51,538 nucleotides of DNA from a virus (taxonomy: Duplodnaviria > Heunggongvirae > Uroviricota > Caudoviricetes). Numbering within the stretch: the stretch's first letter is position 1; each line of letters opens with the position of its first letter. The position numbers were made by a program, and so were the translations under genes. Shown one piece after another: positions 27,941-36,304 of the stretch. The DNA is taken from positions 1-51,538 of the IMG/VR virus record IMGVR_UViG_3300026078_000021; one strand, written 5' to 3'. The notes below the pieces were generated by a model that saw nothing but the letters and a program-made list of their open reading frames with translations, had not been told where the DNA came from and searched no databases.

Positions 27941-28909
27941 TCAGATGACACGCCGGTAAGGGTGTAGTAGCCGCTTGGCCGCGTCCTCGAAATCCTTGCT
28001 CGAACCCCACGAACCGACCACGCTGCCCGGCACCGCCTGCACCGCCGTCGCCGTCGACCCGCGCGCCAAAGCCTCGGAAACCGCGTAGAAGATCGTCGCC
28101 TGCTGGATACTGCCCGGCAGCGTCGAGCACATCACCCCGTAGCCGTGCGCGTAACTCAGCGGCGCGGACAGCGACAGGTACCCCGGCCCGGAGACCACGG
28201 ACGCCGCCGTGCAGGTGACGACCTCCTGCACACCCTGGTCGTAGAGGATGCCCGTCGCGCCCGTGGTCGACCCGCTCGGCGGACCCCACCCGGTGCAGTC
28301 ATCCACATGGATCAACCTGTCCCCGGCAGCCGCCGGGGAGACCAGCGACGTATGCGGCCACCCATTGATGTAAGTGACCTGAACGTCGTAAGAGTTACGG
28401 CCGAACAGCCACGTCGCGTTGCCCGGCGCGAGATACACCACCTGGCCGCCGTCGCCGCTGCCACCAGGGGAGGTGGTGCCGTACACCCCGATGACCGGTT
28501 GACGGATACGAAACTGGCTGGCCGCCAGCGGCGTCCACTGCGCCGGGAAAGAACTGGCCGGCGAAATCTGACCGCCGAGAACCGCCGTGACCGGGCCGCG
28601 CGAGAGCAACAACCATGCCCGACCCGTGTTCGTCTCCAGTTGGAAGCGGAAATCACCCGGGCCCGTGAGCTGCTCGGTGTCCACCGTCGCGTGCAACGGC
28701 TGGTTGACGTACCCCGCCGCCGAGGAGGACGCGCGCCGGCAGATGTTCAGCTGCTCCGCGTACTGCTGCTCCTGCGTCGGCCTCGTGGTGCCATCCCCGC
28801 CGATACTGGTCCACGAGATCCCGGTAGCCGCCGAACGCAGCATCGCCGGGGTCACATACGGCGTACCCGGCCCCACGACCGGCACATCCACCGGAGAGTA
28901 AACAGGCAC
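27941..28909 (-). CDS. Head-to-tail adaptor with inserted domain
   Basis: PYVTPAML..RRASS..YVNQPL..VTYINGW..PGSIQQAT..AKRLLHPY. Confidence 0.7.
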   Translation of the reverse strand: MPVYSPVDVPVVGPGTPYVTPAMLRSAATGISWTSIGGDGTTRPTQEQQYAEQLNICRRASSSAAGYVNQPLHATVDTEQLTGPGDFRFQLETNTGRAWLLLSRGPVTAVLGGQISPASSFPAQWTPLAASQFRIRQPVIGVYGTTSPGGSGDGGQVVYLAPGNATWLFGRNSYDVQVTYINGWPHTSLVSPAAAGDRLIHVDDCTGWGPPSGSTTGATGILYDQGVQEVVTCTAASVVSGPGYLSLSAPLSYAHGYGVMCSTLPGSIQQATIFYAVSEALARGSTATAVQAVPGSVVGSWGSSKDFEDAAKRLLHPYRRVI

Positions 28910-28921
28910 ACACCAACCCCC

Positions 28922-29098
28922 TTACGCTCCGTTGCGCTCACAGCGCGCGCACACCCACGCCCCGTCCACGAACCGCACATGCCGCGTACAAATCCCCGCG
29001 CCGCACCGCAGGCAGTACGCCACCACATCAGCCCGCCGCCCAGCGCGCCCGCGCTGCGGGCCACCACACAGCGCGCACAACCCGCCGGGTTTACCCAT
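28922..29098 (-). CDS. 58-aa binuclear Zn-finger protein (not in ORF track)
   Basis: TAATG overlap; C-x2-C-x17-C-x2-C-x4-C-x2-H-x9-C-x2-C. Confidence 0.75.
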   Translation of the reverse strand: MGKPGGLCALCGGPQRGRAGRRADVVAYCLRCGAGICTRHVRFVDGAWVCARCERNGA

Positions 29099-29547
29099 TA
29101 CGCCCCGCTCTTGGCGGGACGCCCCGGACCGCGCTTGACCCCGGCCTCTTTCAGCAGCGCGTCCTTCTCCGCCGGGTCCAGATTGGCGAGCAGCCGCACC
29201 AGATCAGCCTTCGACAACGACTCGGCACTCGCCTTCACCGACGCCGCCGGGGAGATCGCGTCCGCCAGCACCGTGGACGCCAACCGCTCACCGATCGCCT
29301 TAGCGGCCAGCGCCTGCGCGGCCAGACCCTGCTGGCGGGTGTCCTCCAGGACCGCCCGCTCATCCGGGGTGAGCATCACGCCCTCCGGGGACGCAGCCCA
29401 ACCCCACAGCTTCAAAGCCCCCGGCTCGCAGTCCGGGCACACGAACCCGCGCCCACCACCAGGCTGCGGCTCCACCGTGTGCCCGTGCCCGCAACCACCG
29501 GGGATCGCGGAAACAGCCCCCGCATCACTTGGCGCGTATGCAGTCAT
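29098..29547 (-). CDS. Hypothetical protein (CxxC; C-terminal KRGPGRPAK)
   Basis: GC3-rich ORF coupled to the next gene. Confidence 0.65.
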   Translation of the reverse strand: MTAYAPSDAGAVSAIPGGCGHGHTVEPQPGGGRGFVCPDCEPGALKLWGWAASPEGVMLTPDERAVLEDTRQQGLAAQALAAKAIGERLASTVLADAISPAASVKASAESLSKADLVRLLANLDPAEKDALLKEAGVKRGPGRPAKSGA

Positions 29548-29551
29548 TGCC

Positions 29552-29824
29552 TCACTCCTCGCTCGTGGACGCCCCGCAACGCGGGCACGCCGTGTTCCAG
29601 GCGTTCCAACGCCGGTTACACGGCGTGCACACCCTCGTTTTCTTCGTGCCGAACGTGAACCGCTCCCCGCCCGCCATCACACCCGACGAGCCGTACCAGG
29701 ACTTGCCCACGTGCTTGGCATGCTCGGACGGCAACTCCACCCGGCCCCGGCCGTCCGCGTCATAACGGGTACCGTCCGCCATGTCCAGGCCCGTACACCC
29801 ATCCGGCAGGGTGATCTTCGCCAT
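29552..29824 (-). CDS. Small protein with C-terminal Zn ribbon
   Basis: CTPC..CPRC; RBS GGGAG. Confidence 0.7.
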   Translation of the reverse strand: MAKITLPDGCTGLDMADGTRYDADGRGRVELPSEHAKHVGKSWYGSSGVMAGGERFTFGTKKTRVCTPCNRRWNAWNTACPRCGASTSEE

Positions 29825-29834
29825 CTGACGCTCC

Positions 29835-30110
29835 CTACGTCTGAAGAACGCCCAGCGTCGCGGTACCGGACGCGGTGATCGCGTACACGGCGTCGCCGGG
29901 GTACAAAGTGATCGGTACGGGCGCGCTCACCGCATGCGTGACCTTCATCCCGTTCGTGGACGTGACGCCCACGCCACCCACATACGCGTCCGTCGTCGCG
30001 TCTGCGAGCACCAGCAGCGCGCCGACCGGCCCCGGCTGGGGTGAGGCCGGCACGCTGCCAATGAGCACGGCGGTCGTGGAGACGGAGTACTGCTGACTGC
30101 CGACGGCCAT
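29835..30110 (-). CDS. Small beta-rich virion protein (decoration-like)
   Basis: Ala/Val/Thr/Gly-rich; head module position. Confidence 0.6.
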   Translation of the reverse strand: MAVGSQQYSVSTTAVLIGSVPASPQPGPVGALLVLADATTDAYVGGVGVTSTNGMKVTHAVSAPVPITLYPGDAVYAITASGTATLGVLQT

Positions 30111-30113
30111 GGT

Positions 30114-30641
30114 CTAACCCACCCGGCGGCAGACCACAGACGCCGAGTAGATCGACGATGCCGTGGCGTTCGCGATCGCCGTCACGTTCACTGTGTCCAC
30201 AGCCGAGAGGTTGAGGACCACCGCCTGCGTGACGATCGCCGTCGAACCGGTCGTGCCATTCACGGGGAACGGAACCGGCGAGATGACCGCGCTAGAGGTC
30301 TGGTTGATCGCGAAGTTGTTGCTGTCGGTCGCCGCCACGGTCGTGCCGGTGACAGCGAGCGTGACCACGCACTCCCACTTGCCAGCGGTACCCGGCGTCA
30401 CCGTCGCGACCACCGTGGCGGCGGTCGGCGCGGTCGCCTTGCCGCTGCCCTGCGCGGTGACGATGGTGTCCCGGTAGAACCCGGTCTCCAACAACGCGTT
30501 GCCACCAGAGGCCAGTTCAGTCAGATAGGCGTTGCCGGACGGGTCGGCGGGCGTCTCAATCTGCTCCGTCACCCCCGGCGAAGGCTGCGCGAAGCCGCCG
30601 GGAACCGGCGTGCCCTGCGCGTTGAAGTTGGTGTTTGGCAC
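30114..30641 (-). CDS. Beta-rich virion protein (decoration-like)
   Basis: Thr/Ala-rich; GTG with RBS GTAAAGGAG. Confidence 0.65.
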   Translation of the reverse strand: MPNTNFNAQGTPVPGGFAQPSPGVTEQIETPADPSGNAYLTELASGGNALLETGFYRDTIVTAQGSGKATAPTAATVVATVTPGTAGKWECVVTLAVTGTTVAATDSNNFAINQTSSAVISPVPFPVNGTTGSTAIVTQAVVLNLSAVDTVNVTAIANATASSIYSASVVCRRVG

Positions 30642-30660
30642 ACAGCTCCTTTACGGGGGC

Positions 30661-30686
30661 GGCACCCCGGCTCTCGCCGGGGTGCC
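30661..30686 (-). terminator. Hairpin after the 30693-31001 gene
   Basis: 11-bp stem GGCACCCCGGC-TCTC-GCCGGGGTGCC; no U tract. Confidence 0.45.
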
Positions 30687-30692
30687 CGCCGG

Positions 30693-31001
30693 CTAGGACA
30701 TGTTGATTTCGGTGAAGCACTGGATGTTCGTGACGGCGGCGTTCAGGCTCGCGGCCAGAGCGACACACTCATTGGCGACGAAGTCGCGCACGAGTTCACG
30801 CGCCAGGCGGATACCGGACTCCGGCCAGAAAATGGTCACCACCGCGCCCGATGCGCTCGCGGTGGCGGCGGTGTTGGACACCGCCGGGAAGATGATGCCG
30901 TTGAACGCATTGACGATCGTGGTGGCGTCGCCGTTGGTGTTGCCCGGCGCGCTCAGGGTCACGTACGTGCGGTACGCGAGAGTGCCCGCTGGTGCGGTCA
31001 C
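30693..31001 (-). CDS. Hypothetical head-module protein
   Basis: GTG at 31001 with RBS GGAGG. Confidence 0.65.
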   Translation of the reverse strand: MTAPAGTLAYRTYVTLSAPGNTNGDATTIVNAFNGIIFPAVSNTAATASASGAVVTIFWPESGIRLARELVRDFVANECVALAASLNAAVTNIQCFTEINMS

Positions 31002-31049
31002 ACAACCTCCGTTGTAAGGCGATGGCATTCTGCAAGATGCCACCGCAGG

Positions 31050-31067
31050 GCGGTATTATGCAGGCAT
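31050..31067 (+). promoter_or_regulatory. Leaderless promoter/operator of the LAGLIDADG gene
   Basis: TATTAT (31054-31059) 6 nt before the ATG; near-identical to capsid exon 2 sequence at 31639-31621. Confidence 0.55.
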
Positions 31068-31581
31068 GGATGAACTGTCGCTCGCCTACTACGCCGGTCT
31101 TCTCGATGGCGAGGGGCACATCGGCATCCACCGCACGGTCCGCAAGAGGGATCAGGGCGTTCAGTACGGCGGCCGGATGTCGCTGCGCATGTCGGAGAGG
31201 GAAGTGATCGAACAGTTCGCGGAAGATTTCGGTCTCTCTGCCGGGCCCGCGAACTGCGGCACCAGACATGCAAAGCGGGAGGTGTTCGGGGTGTCGGCCG
31301 AAGGCCGACGTTCGAGAGTCCTGCTAGAACAACTCCTGCCCTATCTGCGGGTGAAGCGCGCGCAGGCCGAGCTTGTCATCCGGCTTGAAGCCGAGAAGCG
31401 CGAGCCCGGACTGCGCAGCAGAAAGATCCCCACGAGTCGGCTAATGCCTGGTGGGGTCGTCGTCCGTAGCACCGCCTCAGCCATCGGGCCGGAGACCATT
31501 GCCCGATGGGAGGCGATGTACGTGGAGGTGCGCAAGTTGAACAGGCCGGAGCACGAGATCGCGCCCCGGCCTGCCGGTTAG
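31066..31581 (+). CDS. Free-standing single-motif LAGLIDADG homing endonuclease, antisense to the late operon
   Basis: LAYYAGLLDGEGHIGI motif; LLPYLRVKRAQAELV; stop overlaps the capsid exon 2 stop (TTAG 31578-31581). Confidence 0.9.
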   Translation: MDELSLAYYAGLLDGEGHIGIHRTVRKRDQGVQYGGRMSLRMSEREVIEQFAEDFGLSAGPANCGTRHAKREVFGVSAEGRRSRVLLEQLLPYLRVKRAQAELVIRLEAEKREPGLRSRKIPTSRLMPGGVVVRSTASAIGPETIARWEAMYVEVRKLNRPEHEIAPRPAG

Positions 31582-33660
31582 GACCAGGTACCGGTCGAGC
31601 CGGAGCGGTCGGATTTCTGAATGCCCTGCATAATGCCGCAGTACTGCATTTCTGTTACCCACACCCACGACGGATGTGCGGCCACGTCATTTCTGCGCGG
31701 CTCTTACGCTCTCACGCAAGATCAGACCATATCTTGGACTTCTGGAGTCCCACCGTACATGGTCGTTGAACCTTCCCGTCGGGTTTCCCCAGGCGGGCTC
31801 GGCTGCTGATTGCCCCTGCTGCTTGCTTTTCAGGCGTTCACGCTCGGGCTTTCGCCCCACGTTGTAGCGCAAGCAGGTGAATCGGGTGTTCCAGCAATTC
31901 TCGGTGTTTTCATTCGCAGGTCGCCCTGCGACGGCCCCCTACTGAGGCGCGTTTGCAACCAAAGCCCCGTACATAAACATGCTGTAACGGAACGATGCGT
32001 CGATCACCGGCCACGAAATGGACAGGTAGTCCTGGACCGTGACGAACTCCCACACGTTGCTCACGTTCGACCAGGCGAACGGGAGCGTGTAGCTCATCGC
32101 CATGAGCGTGCCCTGCGGCAGCCACGGGTGCACCAACAGCTTGATGACGCTGCGGGTGATCGGGTTCTGGAACTCCGATACGGCTGCTCCGGCGCGGACA
32201 CCGGCCACGTCCGGCTGCTCGACGAACAGACGGTAAGCGGTGGTCGTGCCGCTCTGGACGATGTCGTTGCTCAGGCGCATCAGGTCGCCGCCCTCGCCGA
32301 TCAGCTCGGCCGGGTCGGCGCGGTAGGCCCCGGGGCCGTCCCACAGGCCCTGAAGCATCGTGTTGACATTCGTGATGTGCAGCACGTCGCCGACGGACTG
32401 GTTGATGTAGCCACCGTCCCAGCCGGCCGGGTAGACCTGGCCGTTGCCCTGGGAGTGCCCGGCGATGACCGGGATCAGGCCCTCCTGGGCGTTCGCCGAG
32501 CCCGTGCCGGTGTCGGCGGTCGGAGCCGTCGCGCCGGTGGTGTTCAGGGCGCCCTGGAGCGTGAAGTTCAGGCCGCCGACGCCGGACTGCATCAGGTGGT
32601 AGGTGCCGGCCGATGCGCCTGTGGTGACGTACAGGTTGTACTGGAGGGCGCCGGTGACCGGGGCGATCGTGACGTCCACGACCTGCCCGGAGGACCAGGC
32701 CACCGAAGCGCCGGTGGAGGCCGCCGTCTCACCCCAGTAGTTCGTGGCGGTCACCTCGACGAAAACGTTCGTCGTGATGCCGGTCAACGCGGACTCGCCG
32801 GAGTTGGCGGCGCGGGCCACGAGCGTCGGGGTGCCCGGGGTGGACAGGTTCGTGGAGGTGGCCGCGAGGTGCGCGACTTCCTCGTTGGACATGAACTCCT
32901 GGAGGAGGATCAGGTTTGCCAGGGCACTGATGTCCTCGAACCCCTGGCCGGCGAACTGCGCGAGCCAGGACAGCGACTCGCTCAGGCCCCAGAAGCGGTA
33001 GGGGACGTTGAGGTCGATGGAGTCCTGCACGCCGGAGCCTGGCAGGTTCAGCGGCCAGTTCTGGAGCGAGGAGGACCCGGTGACCAGCTCAGGGATGCCG
33101 AGCTGCACGAACTTGCCACCCGAGGTGCCGGTCTGAGAACCGCTCACGCCCGTGATGACCTTCGTACGGCGGGACGTACCCTGACCCGGGACACGCGGCA
33201 GCTTGTTGCGGATCGGGCTGTAGATCGGGTAGATCAAGCGGCTCGGTGCAACGAGATCGAACGGGACAAGACCCGAAGACAAAGGACTTGTCAACGTCAC
33301 GTTACGACCGATGAAATCGCTGATCTGGCCCGAGAGCTGACCCAGCATCTGCTGCATGCCATACGCCTGCGGCGTGGAGTTCAGGAACGACCCGAACTGT
33401 CCGACGAAGTCGGCCGACAGGCCCTTGACCACGGCCTGCGGGTCCGCGAGGGACTTACGCACCGCGTGCGTCAGGGCCATCTCCGCGCGCATGGAGCGCT
33501 TGAAAACCTCGTCATCGTCCTGCAAGGCGGCGTTGCCGCCGGGCCGGGCGAACCCGACCCCTTTGACCATGCTCGGCATCTTGCCGGCGAGCATGGCGTT
33601 CGGCTCGTCGTACTGGGCGGCCTCAGTCGCCAGCGACGAACCGTCGAGAACAACGGTCAC
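31578..33660 (-). CDS. Major capsid protein, split by a group I intron: join(33660..31945, 31646..31578), 594 aa spliced
   Basis: GLVPFDL..SPIRNKLPRVPGQG..EEVAHL HK97-fold motifs; splicing gives ..GALVANAP|QYCGIMQGIQKSDRSGSTGTWS; unspliced mRNA stops at 31939. Confidence 0.88.
31647..31944 (-). ncRNA. ORF-less group I intron (298 nt)
   Basis: P AAUUGCUGGAA (31899-89), Q AAUCAGCAGCC (31811-01), R GUUCAACGACCA (31771-60), S AAGAUAUGGUCU (31735-24); P3 CACCG/CGGUG; P7 GACCA/UGGUC; GNRA-capped P2, P5, P6 stems; 5' exon ends in U and intron ends in G. Confidence 0.92.
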
Positions 33661-33691
33661 ACAACCCCTTTCTAGGGGGAGTACGGAATAT

Positions 33692-36286
33692 CTACGGGAT
33701 GATGTAGGTCGACAGGACGCGCTCCGCGTTCATGCGCTGAACCGGGTCGCCACTGTTGGCCAGACCCGTCAGATACCGGATGTACGCGGCACGCTCCTGT
33801 GCGGCCTTCTCCGCGCGCTGGGCGTCGCCGATCGCCTTCTCCACGGGAGAGGCGTCCTCGTCGACGGCCGACTTCCGTACCGCGCCCCGTGGCGGGGCCT
33901 GGGTCGGGTCGGGCTGGCTGCCCAACAGATCAATCTCCGCCTTGAGGGCGGTGATCTGGGTTTCGTACTCGTCGCGCAGCGCGGAGGTGTGCTCCGCGAC
34001 GAGAGCCTTGACGATCTCCGCGACGTCGTTCTTCTCGCCGGGAGCCTTCGGGGTGGTCAAAGGGGTCGCCGCCTTCGGCACGTTGGTCGCGCCCATCGCA
34101 GCGTCCAGCACCGGGCCGGACGGAGCCATTGGGCAGGCGTCCGGGTAGGTGTTCGCGATGTGGTCGTGCAGGCTGGCCAGGGCGTTGCGGGCGGCGTCCT
34201 GGGCGCGTGCGCCGTAGAACCCGCGTGCCGCGCCGCTGCCGGCGATGTTGGTGGGGTTGTTGCCCGCCTTGCTCGCCGGCGACGGGCGCTCCTGGCCGGT
34301 GGTGAGCGGACCCCGGGTGAAGTCGCCCGGCTCCGGGACGTGGCTGGATGGCGGAACGCCGCCGCCGACGCGCGAACCGGTCGCGTTCTGCGCGGCGTGG
34401 CCGCCGGTGATGTACGGGCGGGTGAACTTGCCCGGCGTCACCGCGTCCGCCATCGGCTTGAGCGAGGCAGTGGGGTACAGGGAGGTGAAGGACTTGTGCA
34501 GGGCGGCGCGGGCGTCGGCCAGCAGGTACGGGTCGGTGGCTTTGAGCGACGCGGCGGCCTCGGCCAGCTCGCGCAGCTCGTTCGCCTTGCGTGCCTTGCC
34601 CAGGTCCGCGTGCTCGTCGGCCAGGCCCATCCAGTACGCCGGGTCCAGCGCGTCCGTGAGGGACTTGAGCGAGGGGTAGGCGGCCAGGACATCGTCGCCG
34701 TGGTAGGCGGCGCACAGGGCGTCGTGGGCGCGCTGCTGCGCGTACCCGATTCCCTTCTGGCCGACGGACGCGGGGACTTTGTCCGGCGTCGGGTCCGGGT
34801 CGGTGCCCATCCCGGCGTCGTGCTCCAGCGGTTCCACGGTCGTGGTGCCGTCCGGTTCGCGGTGCGTACCGGCTGGCTCGACGCTGGAGGGCATCGCACT
34901 CTTCGTGGTCGGCGCGGGCAGTTTGGCGCCGCACTTCTTGCAGTATTTGACCTTGGTATCGGCGTGGTAGACCTTGCCGCAATCCGGGCAGGTCTTGCCG
35001 CCTGCCTTCTCGGCCGGCTTGGTCTCGGAGGCGTCGTCGCCGATCGGCTTGCCGCACCCCTTGCACGTGGTGGAGCCGGCCTTGTTGTAGGTGTTGCAGT
35101 CCTCGCACTGCACCGCGCGGCCCTTCGCCGGTTTCTTCGCGGCTTTATCCGCGCTCTCGCCGTTCTTCCACGCATCCGGCAGCTTCGCCTCGAACGCGGC
35201 GCCTTTGCGCTTGGCGATGCGGATGATGTTGGCTTTGATCTGGTCGGCGGAGAAGTTGTCGGAGCCTGCGCGGCCCAGGGAACGCGCCGCGTCGGCGACG
35301 TCCTGTGGGCTGACGATGGGGAAAGAACGGTCTTTGCCGGCGAAGTCCTCGGCGGGGATCTTGTCGCGGTCCGTGCCGCCGCCCACGTTGGGGTCCATGT
35401 CGCGCTTGGCCAGCCACACCGGGTAGCCGTCGTCGGTCAAGCCCTCGGCTTCGCCCTTGGCCCACCAGCGCTGCCATGCGGCGCGTTTGACCAGGTACTC
35501 GGTGCCGTCGGCGGACTCGCCGCGATTCGGCTCGCCCTTGAGCCACGCGTGGCGCTGCGTTTTCCACAGCATCTCAGGGGCGCGGGTTTTGGCGGTCGGG
35601 CCGTCGGGGTTGTCGGCGTCAACGTCTTTCGGGTCGTCGTCGGCGGCTTCGGCGGCGTGCTCGCCGGCCTCTTCGGTGTCCTCGCGGTCCGGTGGTTCCT
35701 CGGGGGAGCCGGTTTTGTGCAGGTGCGTTTCGGCGCTTTTCTCCAGCATGCCGTTCAGGTCGCCGAACTCCCAGTCCGCGTCGATGCCCTCGGATTTGAC
35801 GAGGGTGAAGCCGCAGTTTTTGTTCGCGGGGGAGTCCACGAGGGAGAGTTCGCAGATGGAGGTGCGTTCGTTGCCTCGGATGATGCCGCCGCGTGCCTTG
35901 CCGGACATGTCGCGCTCGATCACCGGGTGCGCGATCCCGACGCTGAAGGCGCGCAGGACGCGGTTCTTCACCAGGGCTTTCGCGGTCGGCTCGACCACCA
36001 GGGCTTTGACGAAGTGTCCGTGGGGGGTGGTCTCGACCTCCAGGCCGCGACCTGCGGGGTAGAGCTTCGGGTTGTGCTGGACGCGCAGGGTGCCGCCGTC
36101 GGAGAGCCAGTCCTGCATGGCTTTGGCGGACCACTGGGGGTCGACGATCTGCTGGTCGGTGTCGATACTGCCGTCGGTGGCCTTGCCGTAGACGACGAGG
36201 TTGCCGTCCGCGTCCTCCTCGGATTTCGTGATGTCGAAGCCGACGTACACCTTGTCGCTGTTGTCGGCGTCGATCAGCTTCGCCAC
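33692..36286 (-). CDS. Prohead maturation protease fused to scaffold, with accessory domains (DUF6582-like, double Zn ribbon)
   Basis: VYGKATDGSIDTDQQIV..RAFSVG..ELSLVDSPAN; FAGKDRSFPI domain; CEDC..CKGC, CPDC..CKKC; C-terminal coiled coil. Confidence 0.85.
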   Translation of the reverse strand: MAKLIDADNSDKVYVGFDITKSEEDADGNLVVYGKATDGSIDTDQQIVDPQWSAKAMQDWLSDGGTLRVQHNPKLYPAGRGLEVETTPHGHFVKALVVEPTAKALVKNRVLRAFSVGIAHPVIERDMSGKARGGIIRGNERTSICELSLVDSPANKNCGFTLVKSEGIDADWEFGDLNGMLEKSAETHLHKTGSPEEPPDREDTEEAGEHAAEAADDDPKDVDADNPDGPTAKTRAPEMLWKTQRHAWLKGEPNRGESADGTEYLVKRAAWQRWWAKGEAEGLTDDGYPVWLAKRDMDPNVGGGTDRDKIPAEDFAGKDRSFPIVSPQDVADAARSLGRAGSDNFSADQIKANIIRIAKRKGAAFEAKLPDAWKNGESADKAAKKPAKGRAVQCEDCNTYNKAGSTTCKGCGKPIGDDASETKPAEKAGGKTCPDCGKVYHADTKVKYCKKCGAKLPAPTTKSAMPSSVEPAGTHREPDGTTTVEPLEHDAGMGTDPDPTPDKVPASVGQKGIGYAQQRAHDALCAAYHGDDVLAAYPSLKSLTDALDPAYWMGLADEHADLGKARKANELRELAEAAASLKATDPYLLADARAALHKSFTSLYPTASLKPMADAVTPGKFTRPYITGGHAAQNATGSRVGGGVPPSSHVPEPGDFTRGPLTTGQERPSPASKAGNNPTNIAGSGAARGFYGARAQDAARNALASLHDHIANTYPDACPMAPSGPVLDAAMGATNVPKAATPLTTPKAPGEKNDVAEIVKALVAEHTSALRDEYETQITALKAEIDLLGSQPDPTQAPPRGAVRKSAVDEDASPVEKAIGDAQRAEKAAQERAAYIRYLTGLANSGDPVQRMNAERVLSTYIIP

Positions 36287-36304
36287 ACAACTCCTTTACT
36301 TGCC

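Noticed and set aside
31066-31581. Idea that the LAGLIDADG gene lies inside the intron
   Set aside because: The intron closes at the terminal G at 31647 and exon 2 (31646-31578) lies between it and the endonuclease, so the gene is free-standing
31939-31941. TAG as the true end of the capsid gene
   Set aside because: It lies inside intron P1; the spliced frame continues for 22 codons
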